Assembly (NCBI GenBank): GCA_030390025.1
Contig: CM059448.1
Span: 10,788,001-10,852,000, forward strand
Length of the DNA stretch: 64,000 nucleotides
Direction: 5' to 3'
Origin: Squalus acanthias
Lineage: Eukaryota
Numbering within the stretch: the stretch's first letter is position 1; the number at the start of each line of letters is the position of its first letter. Positions 27,170 to 39,100 of this stretch are shown one piece after another. Position numbers and translations under genes: made by a program. The notes below the pieces were generated by a model, which worked only from the letters and a program-made list of their open reading frames with translations, ran no database searches and was not told the origin of the DNA.

Positions 27170-30100
27170 CTGTTGAAGAGATAAAAGAAGATTGGAAAAT
27201 ACTATAACATAACCTACAGAACATGTTGGCTTTAATGACCTTTAAGCTGTTCATAAACACATAGCTAAAAGATAAGGGAATAAAAAAAACCTTTATTAAA
27301 TCATACGATAGCAAAATACTGCGGATGCTGGAAATCAGATGAGACATTACATCGAGGCCCTGCCTTAAATGAATTTTATTAAATCATATTCATTTTGACT
27401 ACTTGGTTTAAATTGTTGATTCAACCTGAGCTGAACTTCAAACTCCACATCCTATCTATCAATAAAATCACCTACTTCCGCCCCCACATCATCACCTGTC
27501 TCTACCCCTACCTCACCCCCACTGCTGCGGAAGGATCTTAACCACTCCTGACTCAATTCTCAAGAGTCCTCCTCACTGGCCGCCTGCGTTTCATCTACAA
27601 CTCATTCAAAGTTCCACCACCCACATGCTGACCAGCACTAAGTTCCTCTCACCCATTAGCTCCATCTTCACGAACCTCCATTGATTTCCTGTCTCCCAAA
27701 GCATTGATTTCACATCCTCCTCATCGAATGATGCTTCTATGGACTCACCACACCCTCATCTCTGCAATCAACTCCAGTCCTACGCCCCCAGCACGTTCCC
27801 CTCAGGCCTCCTGTGCATCTTACCCTTCCCTTCGCCCCACCAACAGCAGCAGACCCATCAGCCAGCTTGGTCCTACTCCCTGAAACTCCCTCCCTAAATC
27901 TCTCTGCCTTCCTACTTTTTCCTAGCCATTATAGGCCTTCTCAAAACCCACCATGCTTTCAAAACCCACCATGCAAAACTGTGGCGGAGGGATTTCAACG
28001 CAGGCAAGTGTGAGGTCATCCATTTTGGACCAAAAAAGGATACATCCAAGTATTATTTAAATGGTGAAAAGCTAGGAACAGTGGAGGTCCAAAGAGATTT
28101 AGGAGTCCATGTACACCGATCACTAAAATGTAGTGGTCAGTTACAAAAAATAATCAAGTAGGCTAACGGAATGTTAGCCTTTATAACTAGAGGACCGGAA
28201 TATAAAGGGGAGGACGTTTTGCTACAGCTCTACAAAGTCCTGGTTAGACCACATCTGGAGTACTGTGTACAGTTCTGGGCACCGCACCTTAGAAATGATA
28301 TATTGGCCTTGGAAGGAGTGCAGCGCAGATTCATCAAAATATTACCAGGGCTCTAAGGGTTAGATTATGAGGAGAGATTACATAAACTAGGCTTGTATTC
28401 CCTGAAATATAGAAGGTTAAGGAGTGATTTGATTGAGGTTTTTAGGATTTTGAAAGGAAGCGATAGGGTAGATAGAGAGAAACTTTTTCCGTTGGTGGAG
28501 GCGTCTAGGACAAGGGGACATAACATTATAATCAGAGCCAGGCCATGCAGGAGAGAAGTTAGGAAACACTTCTTCACGCAAAAGGTGGTAGAAGTGTGGA
28601 ACTCTCTCCCACAAAAAGCGGTAGATGCTAGCTCAATTAATAATTTTAAAACTGAGATTGATAGATTTTTGCTAGCCAAGGGTATGAAGGGATATGGAGC
28701 CAAGGCAGGTAAAGGAGGTTAGGATACAAATCAGCCGTGATCTCATTGAATAGCTGAATGGCCTACTCCTGTTCCAATGGTCCCTCCTAACTCCACTACT
28801 GCTGCTTGGCACCTGTTTCCCACTCTGTGAGCACCCTTGGGATGTTTACTACCTTGATCCCTTTAGCCTTTGCTAGTCCAGGAATGCTGGGACCGACCAC
28901 AGAACCCTACTGGTGCCCCAGCTCAGGTTAGCCAATCAGCACTGAATGACCAGTTGGATATTGGAGGCTGACCAATGCTCGTGGAACCATGCAACAGCAA
29001 GAGTCTGTCAGGGGAAAAAACACAACTACACTGCCCAATATATTAAGTGATCCCCACACGTTATATCGGACTAAAATTACCTTTATCATTTTCTTACAGG
29101 TTTTCTGTGTGAGGCTTTGTGGCACTAATAAAACTCAAATTATATTGCTCTTACCTTGTTTTTTTCCATGACTGCAAAGAAAAGGATAGAGAGTCATTAG
29201 GAACTCACATCAGCACAACCATGTCATGGAGTGAACAGATAGAATATCAGTGCGAATATCACTCACAGCGCCTTTCCATTCTTTTTTTAGTGGATAAGCT
29301 AAAGAACTGGCTTCACGAGTCTTTGAGCACAAACCTTTGTTTAACTGCTGCGCTCCCACTGAGGCTTTAGACTTGAAAATAAATTGGACATTATTAGACG
29401 TCTGATGGAGGCATCTTGAGGTGAGCTTCAAACCCCAAATCATATCCATCAACAAGGCTGCCTATTTCCACCTTTGCAACAATGTCTACCTCCGTCACTA
29501 CCTCGCCTCCGATGGTGCCGAAACTCTTACCCATATCTTCGTCACCTCCAGGTTTCCCTTCTCTGTGCTGGCCACCCAAGCTCCATTCCAGTCAAGTCCA
29601 ACTTGTCCAAAATTTCAGTGCACAGATCCTTTCTGGTACGAAGCCCCTGTCCTTGCCAACATCTCCTGATTTCAAAATCCTCATCCTTGTTTACAGAATC
29701 CTCCCTGCCGCTGTCCGGTTCTGCCTCTGCAAACTCCTCCAGCCCTATGTCCCATCTCGCATCCTGCACTCTTCCAACACTGGTCTACTATGTGGCCCCC
29801 AACTCCCTCCACCCCAGCATCAGTGGCAGAGCCTTCAACCGTCTTCCTGCCCTCTTCCTAAACTCCTCTGTCCTGCTGTATCTCCCACACCTTAAAAAGT
29901 CTCCTGAAAACGTATCTCTTCACCCACATCTTCAGTCACCGTCCCTGTTTTCCAAACTCCTGCGCAGTGTCCCTTCCATCCTTAGCTGTGAAGTGCCTCC
30001 AGATATTTCACTATGTTAAAGTTTGTTGCTGATGATACCGGCTTTTTAACTCGCTGGGTTCGCTGCACCTACGTCCACCTGGTAAGCAATGTTAAAAGAA

Positions 30101-33100
30101 CCTCCTGGTCATACCATCCATGAAGCCGCTACTACTGTCGTTCTATAGGGAGAAGACCAGTTAAAGCTGCTGTAGCATAATCACATCACCACCAGCCCCT
30201 TTCACACATTCTGTTGGACCCCCACCACAACCACCTCTTAGGCAATCAGCCCAAACTATCTTCAGCAACCACAAGTGGGCTCAACGAAAGCCAACCACCG
30301 ACAGAGCATGCCAATAAAACTTGATATTATGATCTCAAACATATCATCCAATGTTCTGATGGGTCTGTGTTTTTTGCAAATAGCAAATTTCTTTGAAAAC
30401 TAATCTTGACACAGCAGCCCAACTAGATCTGTAAATCCTGTGAAACTCATAACTTCATAACATGCCTCCCGATATCTTGTTCAAAGTTACAAGCTATGAC
30501 ACATTTATAATTCTGCATTGATTTCGCTCATGGCTATTTGCTCTATCCAGTTGGGGCCTGTAGTGACATCTGTATCCCTAAAATAAAATAGCTGAGATGC
30601 TTTTAAAAGGAAACTAGATGAGTACATGAGAGAAAAGGGAATAGAAAGATATGCTGAAAGGCTGAGATGAGGCAGATGGAATGGGAGGAGACTCTTATGG
30701 AGTATAAACACCGGCACAGACGAATTGGGCCGAATGGCCTGTTTCTGTGCTGTATATTCTATGTAATTCTATGAAAGTTCTTCGCTGGTCTGATTTTCCA
30801 AATTAAACATTCGCTGGTACTGTGCTTTGCTGCGATTCTAATGATATTGAAAAGTGTTTTTACAGAGGCTAATCAACAGTGAAGGTGAATATTGTGAAGG
30901 CTGCAAAAGGAACCATCAACAGACTGTGTCACCCAATGCTGATTAACAGCACAGAACTCAGAACAGCAAATACTCACCTTTTTTCAAGTGAATCAGTAGG
31001 ATGATCACAACAGCACAGAAAAATAGGGTTATAATAGTAATTAAGATACCCAAAAGTATCTGAGGTCGTGCTGCGGGATTAAAAGAAAAAAAATCATCAG
31101 CGTCAGTGTTTTGAGACCTCTGTCACATGTAACTGCGTACATTGGAAACGGGAACTCCCCTAAAAGGAGAATGAGGAGAGCAGGAGGTTCTCCTGGTGTC
31201 CTGGCCAACACTTATCCTTCAAACCAACACCACCAAAAACTAGACAGTTTATCAATCATTTTTCACCCAATATGTTATGTGCTACATTTGTCGATATTAA
31301 ATTTGATTTGTTTACTCAGTTGCATAGCTGATCGAAATATTTAGAGTTGTCTGAACATTGAAGAAGCTTACAGTGGGTTTCTGCCTCCAAGGTCATTTAT
31401 GTTGATACAAAGCAAGGGTCCAAGCACAGACCCCTGGGATACTCCACTCGTCATCCCCTCCCCCACACCAACACTATACGTCTTACAAACACTCTTTATT
31501 TCCTACTATTTATTCATCGTCGTGTCCAGTCCCCATGTTCTACCCTGGATTCCCATGGCTTGAGTTTTGTTACAACTCTTTCTTGTTGAATCTTGCCAAC
31601 AATTTTTTAGAAAGTCCCGTTAAACTATATCATAAGGAATTCCATTGCTTTGCTTGTAATGTCCTCAAAGGAAATGTGTCAAGCAGGATCTCTCCCTTCT
31701 AAATCCATGCTAGCTGACTCTTCAGATATTACTATATAGGCCGTCCTCCAGCCTAATCCTTACAAGAGTTTCTATTATTTTATCCAGGACCTGCCATCAT
31801 CTCAGTCAGAGTTCTCTCCCTTTCCAAATGTAGGCTCATATCTTTTTTTGCTTCCAACCCTGCGGAAGAGCACAGATAGTCAATGATTTGTTCGCTAGCA
31901 TAGCAGATTGCTCAGACTTCTCAGTTCCTTGGTCCTTTTCCTGTGAGAGACGCCTTGTGTAAAGCAGCAGCTGAAACCTATCCGATAATGATATTTCCTG
32001 TTTTACTCCTATACTCTTTCTGGGTTGCTTGCCAGCTTTCCTCAGGGCATCAAGAGATATGGGGATAGGGCGGGAAAGTGGAATTGATGTAGAAGTTCAG
32101 CCATGATCTTACTGAATGGCGGAGCAGGCTCGAGGGGCCGTATGGCCGACTCCTGCTCCTAATTCTTATGTTCTCACTGTAACCCATTTCCTATATCCCT
32201 GTCAGCTCCTTTAATTACTACCGGTGTCAGCCTTGGCTCAGTGGTGGCACTGTTGCCTCTGAATCAGAAGGTCATGGATTCACTCCAGAGATCTGAGCAC
32301 GCAATCTAGGCTGACACTCCAGTGCAGTGCTGAGGGAGTGCTGAACTGTCGGAGGTGCCGTCTTTCAGATGAGACGTTAAACCGAGGGGCCCCGTCTGCC
32401 CTCTCAGGTGGATATAAAAGATCCCACGGCTGTATTCAAAGACGAAGGAGCAGAGCTCCGAAAGCTCGTAATTTCAAATAAAGCTGTTGGACTATAACCT
32501 GGTGTTGTGCGACTTCTCATTTTTGTCCACCCCAGTCCAACACCGGCATCTCCGCATCAAAGAAGAGCAGGGGAGTTCTCCCCGGTGTCCTGGCCAACAT
32601 TTATCCCTCAACCAACATCACTAAAACAGATTATTTGGTCATTATCACATTGCTGTTAGTAGGACCTTCCTGCGCACAAATTGGCTGCCGTGTTTCCTAC
32701 ATTACAACAGCAATTACAGTTCAAAGGTACTTCATTGGCTGTGAAGTGCTTTGGGATGATCTGAGGTGGTGAAAGGTGCTATATAAATGCAAATTCTTTC
32801 TTTCTTCTTTACTGAATTGCATTCATCCAAACTACCACATAAAGGTTGATATTTGTATTGTTTAAATGTTAATGTGAGAGGAAGACAGGAATCGGTCTCT
32901 CAGAAATGGCTGGGCAAGCTCATGGAGAGGAGTAGGAGACTGGCAGCAGGAGCGACCCGAGACTTGGAGGTGATTCTCACGTAGAATAAGTGTATGGTAG
33001 TGGAAGAGACCCAGGGCTTGGAGGAAACTCAAGACTCTTGTGGGGAAGAGCAGGAGATTAGAAGGGGGACACACCAGTCAAGGGAGGGAGGAGAAACAAA

Positions 33101-36100
33101 GAAAGACTTGCATTTATACAGCGCCTTTCACAACTACCGGACGTCTCAAAGTGCTTTACAGCCAATGAAGTACTTTTTGAAGTGGAGTCACTGTTGTAAT
33201 GTAGGAAACTCGGCAGAAAATTTGCGCACAGCAAGCTCCCACAAACAGCAATGTGATAATGACCAGATAATCTGTTTTAGTGATGTGAATTGAGGGATAC
33301 ATATTGGCCCCAGGACACCAGGGATAACGCCCCTGCTCTTCTTCGAAATAGTGTCATGGGATCTTTTACATCTACCTTAGAAAGCAGACGGGGCCTCGGT
33401 TTTAACGTCTCATCCGAAAGACGGCACCTCCGACAGTGCAGCACCCCCTCAGTACTGCACGAGTGTGTCAGCCTAGATTTCTGTGCTCAAGTCTCGGAGA
33501 GGTTGTCTCCGAGCCGGAATACTAACGCGGAGCCCAGTTTAACCATTGAATAGGGCTGAAAAACTGTGTCTAGGTTGCTCTTTACCAGCAGCTTTAAACA
33601 TACACGCAGGGAGGACAGAGAGTGTGGAGATCTCCCTTTATAATATTTAGGGTAATATGGAGCACTAAGAACCAGTTTGAACAAAATCAACATTGTGATG
33701 GGTCGCACTGGTTGAGCTGTAGATTCCCACTGACGGGTTGTAACCTCAAGCCCTGGCATTGCATGGCACTGGCTCTCATCCAGGGTGGTTCTCAGGAGCA
33801 CTTGGCACAACAGCTCAGTTCTCCTCGCAATGGCGCAGTGCCCCATTGTGGGGAGAAGGGAGAAAGACTGACCCATCCTCTCCTGTCAGAAGATCTTGCA
33901 GTGACATTGACAACACCCACGTGAGAATGTAGAGCCCCGAACACCACACCTAAGCAGGCGAAAGGAGAGGCTGCTGATGGAGATGGGAATTGAACTGTGA
34001 AATGGAGATACCATAGAGAGTGTAAAACTGATAGTAACAAGAGTTCCTGTAATACTTGTGTTACTAACACTTCTACACTCTCAATGGTATTTGCAAAGGA
34101 TACTGAGTATTACAAGAACTATTGGCCCAGAAATTGATCCCGGGACGCGAGAGTACGCACTGCGTACTCTCGCGTATTCCCACTCCAATTGCCGGTTTTC
34201 TGCATGCCCTGCGCATGCGCTGAAAACCGGCAATTGCTCTTTTGAAAAGGGGGCGGTTCCTCGGTGCATCGCGTGCGCGCTACAGGCTGCGCGCACGCTG
34301 TGCACTTCATGCTTTGGACGCGCAGGTAAGTACGGAAGATTTTAGAAATGTAAAAAGGAGGAGTAAGACCCACTTTTAAGAAGGTAAGTAGTGAATTAAG
34401 TATTTTTTTGAATTTTTTTTAACAGGTATATCTTTTTTAGAGACTTTAAAGACAGGTAAGTTTATTTTTATAACTTTTTAAAAGATTTTAAATTTTTTCA
34501 AAAATTTAATTTTTTATTTAAAATGGTTAATTTAATTAACTATACTTATTTTATTAATGTGATGGGTTTTTTTTTAATTTAATTGAGGTTTAGCTGTTAT
34601 TTTGGGGGGGTGTAAGATTCATAGATTTCACAGCAGGTATGTGAAACTTATGAATGGAAGATGGTGTGCTGCCATTGGCTCTAACTGAGTCACGTGATCC
34701 CACAGCTCGCACGAATTCACTACGCCGCTGGGATACGCAAGCACTGCCCAGCTGATGTCTGGAACATCAAGTTCGTGCGAGCTGGATCTGAAAAAGCACA
34801 AGCGAGGTGAGAGATCGCGGGGAAGCCTTACCCCCGCGGGAACAGAGCGAGATCAATTTCTGGGCCATTGTTTTTATTCATTCCTGGGATGTGGGAGCTC
34901 CCCCAGTGTCCTGGCCAATATTAACCCCTCAACCTAGCATCCTTTGTAAATTTTCTGAGTTGGAAATTCAGGAGAGTAACTGACACGGCCATCTCGATTC
35001 GCCCGAGGTTGGAGTGAGACGTGTCAAATTTGTGCAGCACTCAGTTTTCTCAGCTCTATCCTCCGACTGAAGGAGATTATGAGGAAACAAGGGCCTTTGA
35101 CAGGCAGAAAACTTGTACAAAAGGTGGAGCTTTGGGCCAGCGCAGGAACCAGGTTGCTTCCAAAAACTGCTCCAACATTAAGTGAATTTAGATGTTTACA
35201 CTGTATTGGAGCTGTTTCAATATTAATCCATGAGGGGAAATAAAAGACACGAACATCCTTAGGTATCCAATATTAGAAACATAGGAACAGGAGCAGGCCA
35301 TTCAGCCCCTCGAGCCTGTCCCACCATTCAATGAGATCATGGCTGATCTGCGACCTAACTCCGTATACCCGCCCAAGCCCCACATCCCTTAACACCTTTG
35401 GTTAACAAAAATCTATCAATCTCTGATTTAAAATGAACAATTGATCTAGCATCAATTGCCGTTTGTGCAAGAGTTCCAAACTTCTACCACCCTTTGTGTG
35501 TAGAAGTGTTTCCTAATTTCACTCCTGAAAGGTCTGGCTCTAATTTTTAGACTATGCCAATTAGACCTAGAATCCCCAACCAGTGGAAATAGTTTCTCTC
35601 TTATCTACCCTATCCGTTCCCCTTAATATCTTGAAAACTTCGATCAGATCACTCCTTAACCTTCTAAATTCTAGGGAATACAACCCTAATTTGTGTAATC
35701 GCTCCTCATAATTTAACCCTTGAAGTCCGGGTATCATTCTGGTAAACCTACGCTGCACTCCCTCCAAGGCCAATATATCCTTCTTAAGGTGTGGTGCCCA
35801 GAACTGCTCTCAGTGCTCCAGGTGTGGTCTAACCAGGGCTTTGGTTAATCCATATTGACTCTGTGAAACACCTTGGAACTATTTTAAGTGAACAGTATCA
35901 TAGGATTCTCACCATTGCTTACCTTCTACATTTACTTGGACGTAACGTTTGATCGGTTTCTCCAAGCTGGCATGCTCCACTCGACAGGTGTACGTAACGC
36001 CGTTGTCCCTGAGGGAGGCCGTGAACCGGAAGTAACTGGTCAAGTTGTAGGTGCCGTCCGTGTTCTGCTTGTGGGGCGAGAAGACAACGTTGGTCATGTA

Positions 36101-39100
36101 GACGGGCAGCAGGTGCCCCTCGCCCTGCTGCCGCAGCCACTTCATCGTTACGTCAAGTGGGTAATACCGCCTCGCCTCACATGCCAGCTTCTGCTCGTCC
36201 CCTTCCTTCAGGGAAAGTGAATCGGGGTGCATTAAGACAACGGGAGACTCTACAAAGAAAGCAACAAATGACTTTGTCAAAACAGGTCACGACAACTGGA
36301 CGTACATTCATGATTTACAGGCCTGCCGACGCTTGGGCTTTGCTGCTGTCAATCCCTTTAATTGTAATTAAATTGGAATAATGCAGTCTTCCACACGGGA
36401 CCCGAGTGTGAACATGTCGCTGTAGCAACCAATAACCAACATGGGAACTGCCAATCTAAAAAAAAAATCCCCTTTAAATAATTTTTCCTGCACAAATCTT
36501 TTTTTTTATAGTAATATTTTCCCATACAATCACATGCTAAATACATATACTCTTAAAAATGCTGGTGAGAAGAGCATGTGTTTAATGTACTGGGGGGAAC
36601 GTGGTGCTCTGGAGTATCAGGACTCAGACTGTAGCGCACATCTGTGAAGCTTCAAATGTATTTTATTGGCTGTGAAAGTGCTTTGGGAGGTCATGAAAGG
36701 TGCTAATAATAACATAAGAAATAGGAGCAGGAGTCGGCCAATCGGCCCCTCGAGCCTGCTCCGCCATTCAATAAAATCATGGCTGATCTGATCTTGGCCT
36801 CAACTCCACTTTCCTGCCCGCTCCCCATAACCCTTGACTCCCTTATCGTTCAAAAATCTGTCTATCTCCACCTTAAATATATTCAATGACTCAGCCTCCA
36901 CAGCTCTCTGGGGTAGAGAATTCCAAAAATTCACGACCCTCTGAGAGAAGAAATTCCTCCTCATCTCCATTTTAAAAGGGCGCCCCCTTATTCTGAAACT
37001 ATGCCCCCTAGTTCTAGATTCCCCCACTAGGGGAAACATCCTCTCTGCATCTACCCTGTCCAACCCCCCTCAGAATCTTATATGTTTCAATAAGATCACC
37101 TCTCATTCTTCTAAACCCCAGTGAGTATAGGCCCAACCTGCTCAACCTCTCCTCGTAAGACAACCCTTTCATCTCCGGAATCAACCTAGTGAACCTTCTC
37201 TGAACTGCCTCCAATGCAAGTATATCTTTCCTTAAATAAGGAGACCAAAACTGCACGCAGTACTCCAGGTGTGGTCTCACCAACGCCCTGTACAGTTGTA
37301 GCAAGGCTTCCCTACTTTTATACTCCATCCCTAAATAAATGCAAGTTCTTTCTTCTGCCAACCTTTTGCTGAATCCTCTGTCTCTACTGTTCTCCTTGTT
37401 TTAGTGTGGTCAGCAAATCCGATGTTTGGTTTCCAAGTAATTTATGTAGATGTGAAAAAAAACAGGGAACCATCCCTCAGGGATTTAACTTCACACCTAC
37501 CCTCAGATCTGACATTACACCTCTCATAAGGACTAGCTCAGCTATAGCTGTAAAACACCCTGCTACAATAAATGGGAGTAACCTTGTCCTCAGCTGAGCT
37601 GGATTCCAACCATGCTGATTGCTGATATTCAGGGTGAAGATTTTGCCAGGTACTAATTGTAACTACCTGCACTGTACACTGTTAAAATGCACATATTCAG
37701 CGGGATTTTTTTTTAAATTCGTCCATGGGATGTGGGCGTCGCTGGCAAGGCCAGCATTTATTGCCCATCCCTAGTCGCCCTTGGGAAGGTGGTGGTGGGC
37801 CGCCTTCTTGAACCTGCTGCAGTCCGTGTGGTGAAGGTACTCCCCACAGTGCTGTTAGGGAGGGAGTTCCAGGATTTTGACCCAGCGACGATGAAGGATC
37901 GGCGATATACTTCTAAGTCAGGATGGTGTGTGACTTGGAGGGGAACTGGAGGTGGTGGTGTTCCCATGCGCCTGCTGCCCTTGTCCTTCTAGGTGGAAGA
38001 GGTCGCGGGTTTGGGAGGTGCTGCCGAAGAAGCCTTGGCGAGTTGCTGCAGTGCATCTTGTAGATGGTACACACTGCAGCCACGGTACCACCTGGTGGTG
38101 GAGGGAGTGAATGTTTAAGGTGGTGGATGGGGTGCCAATCAAGCGGGCTGCTTTGTCCTGGATGGTGTCGAGCTTCTTGAGTGTAGACTGAAATAATCAA
38201 TCCAGGTACTACCTCTGGAGCAGAGACCCTGGTTTATTTCTGGAGACAGCAAGATCCGAACTGTCCTTTCAATTTTCTGCTAATTTCCACACTGTTCCGT
38301 TACTCAAATAAATTCGAATCGTCATTTCCCCTGACCCGTTTGTTTTCAGTACCGGTTAATTCATCAGCATCAGTATCTTACCCAAAATCTCCAAGTTGAT
38401 GGTGTGCGTTCCGAAGAGTGGAGGGACATATACGGAACAGGTGTAGGATCCCTCATCTTTCATGCCAACATTTCTTATGCGGATGGAAGCGTTCCCATTC
38501 TTGATCTGGTCCATGAACACTTCAATCCCTTTCTCGATGTGTTCAACCTGCTGATGTCGCCCATTGTAGGAGAACAATTTCTTCTTGGTCCCTTTGTGCT
38601 GATATCGCCAGTCAATGTTGAAGTCCGTGCTGTGATCAATTTTGTAGCCACAGTCCAGAATCAGGTCTTGCTTCAGTTTGGTTCTGATCATTGGGGTGCT
38701 GGTGCGGACAATGTAGCTCACTAACAAGGACAAAGGAACAGCCATTATCTTGCATTTCACACCAGTTATTTACTGTTAATAACTCAGGTAAAAACACAAA
38801 TTGTATTTTCTTCATAAGCTCACCATTTCAAATATCTAGTCATACGCTGTTTATGCCACATAGTTTTTGGTTCTTTTGCTTTATTATTGGAATAGAGGGT
38901 TTATGACACTCAATCTAAGTATTAATAAACAAATTAGTAACTGCATGCATATATGTATAAAGAAAATAAGTGTTAATAGACAAGGTAATTGGCCCAGAAA
39001 TTGATCTCGCTCTGTTCCCGCGGGGGTAAGGAGCAGGCGCGATCTCTCACTCCGCGTTGGCTTTTTCAGATCCAGCTCGCACGAACTTGATGTTCCAGAC

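Noticed and set aside
35909-36280. MHC class I/II or immunoglobulin constant gene
   Set aside because: The C1 exon splices in frame with tapasin-specific N and IgV exons; no peptide-binding-domain exons or RSS seen
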